Shown here piece by piece: positions 8,573 through 17,995 of a stretch of DNA of 44,260 nt (position 1 is the first letter of the stretch; every line of letters starts with the position of its first letter). The translations under genes and the position numbers were made by a program. Where the stretch lies: assembly GCA_022574495.1 (NCBI GenBank), contig JACZRW010000003.1, forward strand, positions 1 to 44,260, in the 5' to 3' direction. A model generated the notes under the pieces. It did not search any database, was not told where the DNA came from, and saw nothing but the letters and a program-made list of their open reading frames with translations. The stretch comes from Patescibacteria group bacterium (GTDB lineage Bacteria; Patescibacteriota; Microgenomatia; Woykebacterales; RBG-16-39-9b).

Positions 8573-10570
8573 ATGAATATCGATAATGTTCTGTATTGGA
8601 TTATTGGGTCAGGATTAATTGCTTTGGTATACTCGGCAATCCTAACCATTACAGTCCTAAATAAGGAAAAAGGAAGTGCTAAAATGAGAGAGATTGCAAC
8701 GGCAATTCAAGAAGGTGCCTCTTCCTATCTTTCTCGACAATACTTTGTTGTTTCTATTGTAGGTATTGTAATTTTTGCTCTAATTTGGTTTGGGCTGGGC
8801 CAACCGGTAACTGCTTCGGGATTTGCGCTTGGTGCCCTAGCCTCTGGTTTAGCTGGCTATATTGGCATGAGTGTAGCCGTAAGAACCAACGTTCGCACGG
8901 CAGAAGCGGCAAAAAGTGGTTTATCTGATGCACTCAACGTTGCCTTTCGAGGTGGGGCGGTAACTGGTTTAATCGTGGTTGGACTGGCTCTAATCTCCGT
9001 TGCTGGTTTTTATTTAATTACCAATGATATAAAAGCGCTAATTGGTCTTGGATTTGGCGGTAGTCTAATCTCGGTATTTGCCAGACTTGGCGGTGGAATA
9101 TACACAAAAGGGGCGGACGTGGGTGCAGATTTAGTAGGAAAAGTTGAGATTGGGATACCGGAAGATGATCCCAGGAACCCAGCGGTTATAGCCGATAATG
9201 TGGGTGATAATGTTGGCGATGTTGCTGGAATGGCCGCCGACCTTTTTGAAACTTATGCAGTAACGGCAATAGGGGCCATGATTCTAGGCAGTTTACTCTT
9301 TCCAAATAATGAAAATGCAATAATTTTTCCCTTAGTGCTTGGTGCAATATCAATAATCGCATCAATTATTGGTACATTTTTTGTTCGTATGATCGGAAAA
9401 AGTGTAATGAGTGCTCTTTATTTAGGGTTGATTGCCTCTGGATTATTGTCGGCAATTGGTTTCTACTTTGCTACTTTAGAATTTCCGGTTATCCAAGAGG
9501 TGGGGGAAAGTCTCTCGCTATTTTATGCATCGCTTATTGGACTAGTGGTTACGCTAGGAATGGTTTTAATTACCGAGTTTTACACCTCGAAGAAATTTAA
9601 CTCAGTCAAAACTATAGCCAAAGCAAGTGAAACAGGGCACGCTACCAATATAATTTCCGGACTAGCTGTATCCATGAAATCGACCACTCTACCCATAATT
9701 TTAATTTCCGCGGCTATAATTACTGCTTTTAATCTGGCGGGCTTATATGGAATAGCAATTGCGGCAATGAGTATGCTTTCTATGACCGGTATTATTGTGG
9801 CTATAGACGCATTTGGACCTATAACCGATAATGCCGGCGGAATCGCACAGATGAGCGGACTTTCAGAAAAAGTTCGTGAAGTTACTGACGAACTAGATTC
9901 GGTTGGCAATACGACAAAGGCCGTTACCAAAGGCTACGCAATAGCGAGTGCGGGATTAGCTGCATTAGTACTTTTTGCGGTCTATTCTCAGGAATTGCAG
10001 GCTGTTGGTATAAACGCATCCTTTAGATTAGATAACCCCAACGTAATAATTGGATTGTTTATTGGAGCCGCCGTACCTTACCTATTTGCTGCACTAGCGA
10101 TGGAAGCAGTTGGAAAAGCAGCCGCCAGTGTAGTAACCGAAGTTCGCCGCCAATTTAAGGAGATAAAAGGAATCATGGACGGCAGCGCTAAACCGGATTA
10201 TGCTAGAGCTGTATCTATAGTTACCGCCTCAGCTCAAAGGGGGATGATAATTCCCGCCCTGATACCAGTAGTTTCACCTATTATAGTTGGTTTGTGGCTT
10301 GGACCAGAGGCTCTGGGAGGGTTTTTGGTGGGATCTATAGTGACAGGGTTATTTTTGGCCATATCCATGACTACCGGCGGAGCAGCGTGGGATAATGCCA
10401 AGAAATATATCGAAGAAGGGAATTTAGGCGGAAAGGGATCCGCTGCTCACAAAGCCGCCATTACTGGAGATACGGTTGGAGATCCGTATAAGGATACAGC
10501 AGGGCCTGCGATAAACCCTATGATAAAAGTGATTAATATAGTGGCACTTCTACTTGTACCCTTTTTGTGA
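8573..10570 (+). CDS. hppA: Membrane H+-translocating pyrophosphatase, K+-independent type
   Basis: [51 protein letters not shown] carries the Lys determinant of the K+-independent type. Confidence 0.95.
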   Translation: MNIDNVLYWIIGSGLIALVYSAILTITVLNKEKGSAKMREIATAIQEGASSYLSRQYFVVSIVGIVIFALIWFGLGQPVTASGFALGALASGLAGYIGMSVAVRTNVRTAEAAKSGLSDALNVAFRGGAVTGLIVVGLALISVAGFYLITNDIKALIGLGFGGSLISVFARLGGGIYTKGADVGADLVGKVEIGIPEDDPRNPAVIADNVGDNVGDVAGMAADLFETYAVTAIGAMILGSLLFPNNENAIIFPLVLGAISIIASIIGTFFVRMIGKSVMSALYLGLIASGLLSAIGFYFATLEFPVIQEVGESLSLFYASLIGLVVTLGMVLITEFYTSKKFNSVKTIAKASETGHATNIISGLAVSMKSTTLPIILISAAIITAFNLAGLYGIAIAAMSMLSMTGIIVAIDAFGPITDNAGGIAQMSGLSEKVREVTDELDSVGNTTKAVTKGYAIASAGLAALVLFAVYSQELQAVGINASFRLDNPNVIIGLFIGAAVPYLFAALAMEAVGKAAASVVTEVRRQFKEIKGIMDGSAKPDYARAVSIVTASAQRGMIIPALIPVVSPIIVGLWLGPEALGGFLVGSIVTGLFLAISMTTGGAAWDNAKKYIEEGNLGGKGSAAHKAAITGDTVGDPYKDTAGPAINPMIKVINIVALLLVPFL

Positions 10571-10609
10571 TAAGTCTGCTGTACCCTTGCGTCCAGATAA
10601 ACTGGACTA

Positions 10610-10690
10610 AAAGACACGGCTGGTCCGGCTATCAACCCAATGATAAAAGTGATTAATATCGTTGCTCTACTTTTAGTTCCGTTTCTTTAA
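10610..10690 (+). pseudogene. Synonymously recoded duplicate of the last 26 codons of hppA
   Basis: Encodes [26 protein letters not shown], identical to the translation of 10490-10570, with 18 of 26 codons differing. Confidence 0.95.
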
Positions 10691-10695
10691 AACAA

Positions 10696-10717
10696 AACCG
10701 AGGCGTTAACCTCGGTT
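10696..10717. terminator. Hairpin between convergent genes
   Basis: AACCGAGG-cgttaa-CCTCGGTT. Confidence 0.7.
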
Positions 10718-10731
10718 GAGTTCTCTCTTTT

Positions 10732-11265
10732 CTACTGGCGTTCCTTAAGTTTAGATTCGGCCGCTTCAGCTCTATTGAGTACGGTGTTAAAGCTATCCGG
10801 TGGCCTCCATTTTCTCCTATGGATAGTCAATAATGCACCTAGTTGTCTAAGCATTCTTAAAGCTGAATTGTAGACATCCCAAGCGCGGTTTCTGCTCGTA
10901 CCGAAAATTCGGCCGACTTCTGCGTGTGATCTGCTAATCCCGTCATCCAACCCGAAGGTCAGTCTTATCGCTCTGGCACGACGAGGGCCACCTCTATTTT
11001 CTTGAATTGAGTCTAGACCCTCTTCGATACTCTCTATGAAAGCAGTAAGATCGTGAAAAACATTTGTTGGTGGTATCAGGGTGTTTACCAACCGACCGTA
11101 CGCATTTACCCTCCTTTTTAGATACTCACCTACGTCTTCAGTGCATTTTTCACAATCTATCTCCAGCTCACCGACAATTTCGTAGGCCAGGGTTACCTGT
11201 GAACCAAGTATTTGCGTATCCTGGATCATCAAATCGCCCTGGCAATTTGGACAGAGAATCGCCAT
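10732..11265 (-). CDS. Zn-ribbon plus sigma70 region-4-like HTH protein
   Basis: CPNC...CEKC and RAIRLTFGLDDGISRSHAEVGRIFGTSRNRA...ALRMLR. SD AAGGAGG. Confidence 0.7.
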   Translation of the reverse strand: MAILCPNCQGDLMIQDTQILGSQVTLAYEIVGELEIDCEKCTEDVGEYLKRRVNAYGRLVNTLIPPTNVFHDLTAFIESIEEGLDSIQENRGGPRRARAIRLTFGLDDGISRSHAEVGRIFGTSRNRAWDVYNSALRMLRQLGALLTIHRRKWRPPDSFNTVLNRAEAAESKLKERQ

Positions 11266-11342
11266 AATTATCCCTCCTTGTTTGCAGGCTACTTCCGTAG
11301 TTCAATTTTCTGACATATGAATTATACAGCTATAGGTCAATT

Positions 11343-11876
11343 TTAGAGATTTTCGAACGCCTCGATAGATTTATTTATAGTTTCCTCTACTCCGGTATGG
11401 GTAGTGTCTATTACCAAATGAAAATATTTAGGATCTTCGTAGTTATCATCTGAGTATAACTTTTTGAATTTGGCTCGTAATTCATTTCTGCGTTTAACGA
11501 TTTCTTTAGAAGTTTCCTGGTGAGTATGTTGCCTTTCTATTATTCTTTTTGCAGATACTTCTTTATCCGCAGTCAATAGTATTCGAAATACACTGTCTAA
11601 ATCTCTAGCAAACCAACCACCGTAATGACTGTCAAATACAATATGCTTACTGTTTTTCATTCTTCTGAAAAATTCTTCATCCACCCTATTATCTAGCTCC
11701 TTTGGGATTGCGGCTGTGTTCCATAAAGGAATGCGGTTATTTTTTTGATATTCCCTAAATATATCTCCAGCAGCTATATGCTCCCAACCAAGTCTCTTTG
11801 CAAGACCATTAGCTAACGTACTTGTTCCAGTACCCATATCCCCACAAACAATTATATTCTTGTATTTATTTGACAT
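11343..11876 (-). CDS. Cytidylate kinase-like (archaeal-type CMK family) P-loop kinase
   Basis: GDMGTGTST, AGDIFRE, D..VD, YHLVIDTT-like motifs. Start reassigned to ATG 11876, just after a TATAAT. Confidence 0.75.
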   Translation of the reverse strand: MSNKYKNIIVCGDMGTGTSTLANGLAKRLGWEHIAAGDIFREYQKNNRIPLWNTAAIPKELDNRVDEEFFRRMKNSKHIVFDSHYGGWFARDLDSVFRILLTADKEVSAKRIIERQHTHQETSKEIVKRRNELRAKFKKLYSDDNYEDPKYFHLVIDTTHTGVEETINKSIEAFENL

Positions 11877-12000
11877 AGAAAAATTATACCACTGTATAAT
11901 ACATATATAAAAATCTGTAAGTTTGACACAGGGGCTATGATTGAAGATAATAGACAAAGTTACAAAATCCTTTAATTTGGAAGGGGGTGCAAATAATAAT

Positions 12001-12141
12001 ATGTCAGACGCATACTGTGTAAAGTGTAAGGCTAAGAAAGAAGTTCAAAATCCAGAGCAAGTTACCATGAAAAACGGTAGAAAAGCACTAAAAGGTACTT
12101 GTCCAGATTGCGGAACTAAAATGTTTAAAATCGGAGGCTAA
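12001..12141 (+). CDS. DUF5679-type small zinc-ribbon protein
   Basis: AYCVKCK...MKNGR.A.KGTCPDCGTKMFKIG, SD GGGGGTG. Confidence 0.9.
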   Translation: MSDAYCVKCKAKKEVQNPEQVTMKNGRKALKGTCPDCGTKMFKIGG

Positions 12142-12166
12142 AAACCTTTGATTTGTTATTTGTATA

Positions 12167-12226
12167 GAAGAAAAGCGACTCAGTCCGGCATTCGTCAACT
12201 GGCGAAGCGGAGGGTCGTTTTTCTTT
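12167..12226. terminator. Long nested hairpin / bidirectional terminator candidate
   Basis: AAGAAAAGCGAC...GTCGTTTTTCTT outer stem with inner TTCGTCA/TGGCGAA. Confidence 0.55.
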
Positions 12227-12320
12227 TATAAATCTTGGTTTGAATACTTGTTTACAATCTAGTAATACGTTAAAATAAATTTTTAACCAACAAACAAAGA
12301 AAGAAGGTGATATATAAAAC

Positions 12321-12521
12321 ATGCAAAGTAAAGCTATTACAATAATATTAGGTTTATTGGGGGTCTATTTTCTAATATTTCATTCGGATCCGTTTCCATT
12401 CAATCACGACGCTATTGGTCTACCACCTATTCATGATGTACACAGAATATTTGGGGTTATCTTACTGGGTGCTGCTATATATTTGGGGTGGAAGAGTATG
12501 AAAACTAAAACTCAGAACTAA
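12321..12521 (+). CDS. Small 2-TM membrane protein
   Basis: SD GAAGGTGA, two hydrophobic helices, His-rich loop. Confidence 0.75.
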   Translation: MQSKAITIILGLLGVYFLIFHSDPFPFNHDAIGLPPIHDVHRIFGVILLGAAIYLGWKSMKTKTQN

Positions 12522-12647
12522 CTAGTTAACCTAGCGGGAGAATATCATACTTTTGGATGGGAAAAACTGAAAAAGATTGTCAGGTTTGAGTTTTTAGTTA
12601 TTATGTAACGTAGCCTGATATAAGCAGAATAGTACTACTTTTTAGTT

Positions 12648-12875
12648 TTAATCTTCTGGGAGAGCGTCAAATTTCACTTTGAAATCATTCATATATTTCT
12701 TTACCGCTTCAGGCCCAGTGTTCGTTTCTACCATTTGTTTCATTTTATTTTTGTGAGCATCATCATTGGCGCTCATTGCGTGTTCTTGGCTATTTTTCAT
12801 CATTTCTTCTGGTGTTTCTCCTTTAATTTTTACATCACAAACACCGTCTAGTTCTTTACAAGTCATAGATTTCAT
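12648..12875 (-). CDS. DUF1059-family small metal-binding protein
   Basis: MKSMTCKEL.GVCD....GET.EEMM....H pattern, SD AGGTGGTG. Confidence 0.8.
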   Translation of the reverse strand: MKSMTCKELDGVCDVKIKGETPEEMMKNSQEHAMSANDDAHKNKMKQMVETNTGPEAVKKYMNDFKVKFDALPED

Positions 12876-12965
12876 AATTATTCACCACCTTTCTCATATT
12901 GGGTATTATATCAATTGAAGGCAAGTAGGTAATAAAAAAGTAGACTTAGTCTGATATACTGTTTG

Positions 12966-13258
12966 TGAGCTGGAGGGAGTAGGTTAAGGAAACGCTCAAA
13001 GAGCGGAATCCAAGTGTCTGGGCACCCTGACGCCACCAGAGTAAGGTTGTCAGGATCCTACCTCCTCCCGCTTTCATAACGGAGAGAGAAGTTGCAGAAC
13101 GAGATACCACTCCCTTTTCTCGTTAGTCGGTATACCCGTACCGCACTGCAACCTCACTCTACGGGCTTGGTGTACACCTTGAGCGTCTGTGTACTTCAGG
13201 TTCCGTTGGGCCCAGTGTGTGAGTGAGTGGCTACAACCCCTCGCACGCACTGGGTTCT
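12966..13258 (+). ncRNA. Candidate structured ncRNA of about 290 nt, unassigned
   Basis: GC-rich with no ORF in the track. TATACT at 12955-12960. Four stem domains and two loop-loop complementarities. Confidence 0.65.
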
Positions 13259-13332
13259 AATCTCTTTCCTAAATATTTAAAATCAGCGGGCTAAGAGGTT
13301 TGATGTTGTCTTTTCTGACAATATAGCTTCAG

Positions 13333-13371
13333 TGGTGAACCAGGATGACCTCGGCCACTTCAATCGCTATA
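13333..13371. repeat. att-like motif, variant class (TGGTGAA...TTCAATCGCTATA)
   Basis: Colinear match to 41979-42017. Confidence 0.7.
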
Positions 13372-13412
13372 ACTTCCTTGACATTATTCGGATTATCGTA
13401 TATTCTGAAAAT

Positions 13413-13670
13413 ATGAAAAGTGTAGTGATTGTGCGCAATCGAGGTCAAATAACAATCCCTGATCCTATTAGAAAAACTGTTGGATGGGTTAACCCCATGT
13501 CGGCAGTTTCAATTAGCGTGGTTAAACCTGATGAAATCGTTTTGAGACCTCATCAGAATAAGTTGGATTGGGATCAGATTTGGAAAAATATTAATGCTTC
13601 CAGAGCAATATCCGGAAAGGGAGATGAAAGTGGCTATGATTTTCTAAAAAAAGATCGTAGATCTCATTAA
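13413..13670 (+). CDS. AbrB/MazE/SpoVT-family antitoxin (VapB-like)
   Basis: RNRGQITIP..IRK motif. TTGACA(13378)-17-TATTCT promoter implies a leaderless ATG at 13413. Confidence 0.85.
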   Translation: MKSVVIVRNRGQITIPDPIRKTVGWVNPMSAVSISVVKPDEIVLRPHQNKLDWDQIWKNINASRAISGKGDESGYDFLKKDRRSH

Positions 13671-13673
13671 CCA

Positions 13674-14093
13674 ATGGACACCTTAGTTGTCGATTCTTCA
13701 GTAATTACAAAGTGGCTGAACAAGAATAATGAGAAAAACATAGATAAAGCGGATTTAATTCTCGAAGATACTCATAAAGGTAAGGTAGAATTAATCGCTC
13801 CCGAATTGGCAAAGTACGAGGTTGGAAATGTACTTCTTACTGGCAAGAAATTAGTTCCTAAAGAAGCAAACATTTCTCTTGGTACCATCTATTCCCTTCC
13901 AATTACTTTTGTTGGTGAGACTGAAGATTTGGCAAAACAAACCTTTAACCTTGCCTTTAAGCACAAGGTTACCTACTATGATGCTTCTTTTATGTCTCTA
14001 GCCAAGCAATATAAGGCGACTTTGATTACAGATAATATTAAACATCAAGGTAAGTCTTTTGAAGTTAAGACCGTTTCTTTACAAAACTACTAA
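13674..14093 (+). CDS. vapC: PIN-domain VapC-family toxin
   Basis: VVDSSV..KW, YEVGN, TYYDA.F..LA, LITD motifs, directly after the AbrB gene. Confidence 0.88.
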   Translation: MDTLVVDSSVITKWLNKNNEKNIDKADLILEDTHKGKVELIAPELAKYEVGNVLLTGKKLVPKEANISLGTIYSLPITFVGETEDLAKQTFNLAFKHKVTYYDASFMSLAKQYKATLITDNIKHQGKSFEVKTVSLQNY

Positions 14094-14237
14094 TTCTTTA
14101 ATCTACTTTCAGCTTCAACAGAATATTGACCCAAAGAAAAGACCACTAAAAATAACTGACCTAACAAGAAAATATAGCTCTATTGTTGATGTAATCTGGA
14201 GATTATAAGCACTCCGATTGCATAGGGGTGCCCTAGC

Positions 14238-14266
14238 TGGTGAGCCAACGCTTACGTTATTCGAAC
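14238..14266. repeat. att-like motif TGGTGA-N16-TTCGAAC
   Basis: TGGTGAGCCA is identical to the tRNA-Lys 3' end at 17735-17744, and the register matches the other copies. Confidence 0.65.
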
Positions 14267-14337
14267 AAATTCGTATCTAATTTCTATTCTTCCGTTAGTA
14301 AAATTCAGTATCCAGAGGTAATATATAAAGAGGTGAA

Positions 14338-14937
14338 CTATTTAACTTCCTTCATAAGGTCTTGATCTACTTTATCAAATACCTCATCTGAGCTCATTTT
14401 AGATACATTTAATACAACATCAGCAAACTTTTTTGTAGGTTCAACATACTTGATGTGCATCGGAGTAAGAACTTCTTTATCGTAAACTGGGTCTACGAAC
14501 TTGTCTCGTCTCTCTTGGCTAGTTTTTTGATCTATGTCTAAGTAATATTTTCTACTGTATAAATCTCTGAGATCCTTGTGCCACAAAGACAAGTATCCCT
14601 CTATTATGAGGACTTCCTTGGGATGAATAGTGCGAGGAATCATATTTTTGTGTTCAAAGTAATCAGGATTTGAGCGATCACTCCAAGTTCTAATTGTAAC
14701 GGGTTTTCCGCTGCGTAGAATCTCAATATCTTTCAGTAGTTTCTCCCAACGGATAACATCAGGATGGTCCCAATTAATCATACCTTTTAAGGTAGGAAGC
14801 TTATTTCTACCATCATCCTCTAGTTGATAGTCATCTAAAGTAAGCATCTCCACCTTTTTTGGATATGTGTCTACCAGGCGATATGAAAGTGTAGATTTAC
14901 CAGATCCAGATCCTCCTGCAATGCTAATTATTTTCAT
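14338..14937 (-). CDS. Uridine kinase-family protein
   Basis: [33 protein letters not shown]. Confidence 0.88.
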   Translation of the reverse strand: MKIISIAGGSGSGKSTLSYRLVDTYPKKVEMLTLDDYQLEDDGRNKLPTLKGMINWDHPDVIRWEKLLKDIEILRSGKPVTIRTWSDRSNPDYFEHKNMIPRTIHPKEVLIIEGYLSLWHKDLRDLYSRKYYLDIDQKTSQERRDKFVDPVYDKEVLTPMHIKYVEPTKKFADVVLNVSKMSSDEVFDKVDQDLMKEVK

Positions 14938-14975
14938 GTTTCGTATCTTACATCAAAAATGCTAGAATGCCAGCT

Positions 14976-15626
14976 ATGATTAAAGCTGTGATTTATGATT
15001 TGGATGATCTCATGGTTAATTCATACGAAATTCACGTTCGTGCGACCAATTTATTACTAAAACAGCATGGAGTTGATGCAAGTAATATTCCTAAGGAAGT
15101 AAATAGGCGTTTCGTTGGGATGAGAATTTCAGATATCTTAAAAACTATTATATCTTATATTAATCTTAACGTTGATTTCGAGAGTTTTTATAAGGAAAGG
15201 AATAGAATCTTCCTAGACTTAGTTAAAAAAGAACTTAAACCAATGCCTGGGCTTAATGAATCATTGAGCTACTATAGACAAAGGGAGTTTAAGATTGCTT
15301 TGGCTAGTTCTGGGACAAAAAAATATATTGAAATGGTATTGGACAGGTTTAAAATAAAAGAGTATTTTGACGTTATAATTTCTGGTGATCATGTAAAGCA
15401 TGGGAAACCAAATCCTGAGATTTATAAATTAACCCTAAATAAACTGGGCGTCAAACCTAGTGAGGCAGTAGTTTTAGAAGACGCTGAAGTAGGAATAGAG
15501 TCAGCGAAGGGGGCTGGATGTTATTGCATAGCTGTAGCAAATCCCAACACACCAATACAGGATTTATCCAAAGCTGATAAAGTGATAAATTCCCTAAACG
15601 AAATAAATACCGTAAAGCTACCTTGA
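14976..15626 (+). CDS. HAD-family phosphatase (beta-PGM/CbbY-like); alternative start 14967
   Basis: YDLDDL, LASS, GKPNPEIY, LEDAEVGI. Confidence 0.88.
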   Translation: MIKAVIYDLDDLMVNSYEIHVRATNLLLKQHGVDASNIPKEVNRRFVGMRISDILKTIISYINLNVDFESFYKERNRIFLDLVKKELKPMPGLNESLSYYRQREFKIALASSGTKKYIEMVLDRFKIKEYFDVIISGDHVKHGKPNPEIYKLTLNKLGVKPSEAVVLEDAEVGIESAKGAGCYCIAVANPNTPIQDLSKADKVINSLNEINTVKLP

Positions 15627-15627
15627 T

Positions 15628-15761
15628 GTGCTACCCTAACGACTCTGACTTCAAACACCCTGATTCAGGTTCTGAACGATTGGAAAGAACAAAACTTATT
15701 AGATCCAATCAAACCTAGCAACAATCTTAGTCTTAGTTATCCAAAATTATTAGAATCTTAA
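15628..15761. repeat. 134-nt dispersed repeat unit
   Basis: Colinear with 41077-41210, sharing ACCCTAACGACTCTGACTTC exactly. Confidence 0.9.
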
Positions 15762-16567
15762 ATTGTTTTATAACGATGAATAATTTCTTGAAGCTGTTTA
15801 TGTAATTTTGGCGGAGCGGTACAGAATGGAAAGGTTTCTTTAGATCTTTTAAGATGGTTAGAGTAATCCATTTGATTACCGTTGAAGTAGGTGAATACGC
15901 CGCCTGCTTCCTCTATAATTATTTGCATTCCGACATCATCCCAAATATTTGTGTTTCGATGGATATAACCTCCTAGATTTCCTTTGGCTACCATCATTCC
16001 GTCAAAGACACAGCCACTACTTCTTAGATTTCTTATGTTTAGAACTATATCTGCAAGCAGAGAACATTCATCTCTGGTAAGCTGTGGTTTTTCTTGATGA
16101 CCATCAATACCATATCCAACAAGGGTATGCAGTAATTTAGTTTCTTTAGTTACTTGGAGTCTTTCAGAGTCAAGAAACGCTCCTTTTCCTTTTTCTGCTG
16201 TGTATATTTCGTGAAAATACGGTAGGGAAACGCCACCTGCCAAAGGTTTATCCTTATGAAGTAGGCCTACTATAATTCCAAACAAAGGTACACCGTTTGC
16301 GAAGTTACTAGTCCCATCGATCGGGTCTATTACCCAAGTGTAGTCGGAATTATTATCTATAACTCCCGCTTCTTCATCGATAATATTATGATTAGGGTAG
16401 TCCTTTTTTATTTTAGATATTAGAAGCTTACCGATTGCCAAATCTGTTTCGGTCAACACTTGATTGTTATCTTGTCCTTTAGATACACCTCTTACTCTAC
16501 CAAAACTACCCAGAGCAATCTTAGATACCTCTGTTAAAGATTTTATTAGGAAATCAGAGTATGACAT
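15758..16567 (-). CDS. Inositol monophosphatase-family protein
   Basis: IIDEE, WVIDPIDGTSNF, IWD...IIEEAGG. Confidence 0.92.
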   Translation of the reverse strand: MSYSDFLIKSLTEVSKIALGSFGRVRGVSKGQDNNQVLTETDLAIGKLLISKIKKDYPNHNIIDEEAGVIDNNSDYTWVIDPIDGTSNFANGVPLFGIIVGLLHKDKPLAGGVSLPYFHEIYTAEKGKGAFLDSERLQVTKETKLLHTLVGYGIDGHQEKPQLTRDECSLLADIVLNIRNLRSSGCVFDGMMVAKGNLGGYIHRNTNIWDDVGMQIIIEEAGGVFTYFNGNQMDYSNHLKRSKETFPFCTAPPKLHKQLQEIIHRYKTI

Positions 16568-16616
16568 CTACAGGGATCTTAACAAATGTAGTAGAAGTAA
16601 ATCTAGTCTTTGATCT

Positions 16617-16747
16617 TAGCAAACAACGTAAATTTGGCTTGGAACTCTTTACAGCAGGTTATGAAAGACTATCGTTTTGTTTCTACGCTTCCAGCTTTTG
16701 AGGCTAAACTCCAACCTAAAGCAAATTACCAAAGTTTATTGGAATAG
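16617..16747. repeat. Diverged copy (131 nt) of the 134-nt unit
   Basis: TTGGAAC at the TTCGAAC register and a 3' motif AATTACCAAAGTTTATTGGAA. Confidence 0.6.
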
Positions 16748-16753
16748 ACAGTT

Positions 16754-17671
16754 TTACGGTTTTCTTGCTTGCCAGGTATTGTACATCCCTAATTTTTTAG
16801 GGTTGTAAAAAACTACAGAAGTTATGTGTTTTTGATCAGCTCTATCTCCACCTTCGTTGTAAATTAATCCGTCGTAACCCTTTCGTAACATGAAATCCGT
16901 AAATATGGTAGAAGCATGTTCCGTTTCACTACCTTTTCCACTTTTGTTACGATCCAAAAGTTGTCTCAGTTCAAGAGCATTACCGCTAGCCAACCTACTT
17001 TTTAATAGTCTTAAGTAACTTGAAGTTATATTGTACCAATTAAGAAGCATTCCTTGTTCACTAATAGGTTTTCCCTCAAGCTCAAGTTTTCCAGTAGGAA
17101 ATTGAGATTTAAAGTAGTCTTGATAAAAAGAGAGCCATTCTTGAGCGAAATCGGTTGTCACAGGGGCGTTTATTCTAGGGTTAATCTTGGAACGCATATC
17201 TAGCATTTTCGCTTGAAATGGCAGTAATTCTTGTGTTACAGCTTCAGAATCAGTTCCCCGACTAAGCTCTGAATAAATTTCGGCATTTCTCTTTTCTGGA
17301 GTAGTATAAAAGCCGTTACCAATCGTAAGACTTCGAGTCTGGGTTTCTAAACTCTTACCTGTATAGTCCACAGAGTCGTCAAACTCAAGCTGATCCTGTT
17401 TGGCACCATGGTGTAAAAGTTCAGGAGAGCTTCTAAAATCTTCTTCAGATAAAGTCCTTGGATCTATGGTACCTAAAACAACATCTCCAAATTGTTCTCG
17501 TTCACTAAACTCTATGTCTTTTTTATCAAAAGCTGCATCTGCGGGCTGCCTAAAAAAATCTTTCTCGTTCTTAGCTTCAAGATTTGCTTTTGCTTTGGCA
17601 GCATCAAAATCTATAGCATCTTTTGATAAACCCATGTCTTCTGGCGATGGTTTTTCTGACTCTGGTATCAC
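16754..17671 (-). CDS. Hypothetical protein with ADP-ribosyltransferase-like (ART-PolyVal-like) motifs
   Basis: LHHGA, GNGFYTT...AEIYS, GYDGLIY, VVFYNP. Confidence 0.6.
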   Translation of the reverse strand: MIPESEKPSPEDMGLSKDAIDFDAAKAKANLEAKNEKDFFRQPADAAFDKKDIEFSEREQFGDVVLGTIDPRTLSEEDFRSSPELLHHGAKQDQLEFDDSVDYTGKSLETQTRSLTIGNGFYTTPEKRNAEIYSELSRGTDSEAVTQELLPFQAKMLDMRSKINPRINAPVTTDFAQEWLSFYQDYFKSQFPTGKLELEGKPISEQGMLLNWYNITSSYLRLLKSRLASGNALELRQLLDRNKSGKGSETEHASTIFTDFMLRKGYDGLIYNEGGDRADQKHITSVVFYNPKKLGMYNTWQARKP

Positions 17672-17734
17672 TATTAAATTTTACCATAGAGATGAAAATA
17701 GGATCTATTGACTGTTACAACAGCCTATACTTAT

Positions 17735-17810
17735 TGGTGAGCCAGGAAGGACTCGAACCTTCAACCTATTGCTTAAGAGGCAATTGCTCTGCCGATTGAG
17801 CTACTGGCCC
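17735..17810 (-). tRNA. tRNA-Lys(CTT)
   Basis: 76-nt cloverleaf, anticodon arm ATTGC-CT-CTT-AA-GCAAT, GTTCGAG T-loop, encoded CCA. Confidence 0.96.
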
Positions 17811-17813
17811 ACG

Positions 17814-17889
17814 TGGCGCCCCAGGAGGGATTCGAACCCCCGACCTTGACGTTAGAACCGTCCTGCTCTATCCGCTGAGCTACTGGGGC
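17814..17889 (-). tRNA. tRNA-Arg(TCT)
   Basis: 76-nt cloverleaf, anticodon loop GT-TCT-AA, GTTCGAA T-loop, encoded CCA. Confidence 0.93.
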
Positions 17890-17995
17890 ACATTGGTTAT
17901 ATTCACTGCGAGCTAAATATTTTGGTATTATATCAATTTAAAGCTACAGATTCAATTAATGTGGGAAGGGTAGGTTTTGTGGGGATACTAATTAC

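Noticed and set aside
8573-10570. Na+-pumping or K+-dependent PPase
   Set aside because: GNTTKA has Lys at the K+-dependence determinant, which indicates the K+-independent H+ type.
12532-12610. Further copy of the att-like unit between the two small genes
   Set aside because: Only positional plausibility, and the sequence match is not convincing.
12966-13258. RNase P RNA or SRP RNA identity
   Set aside because: I found no GAGGAAAGTCC or ACAGAA..CGGCTTA, and no SRP helix-8 motif, on either strand.
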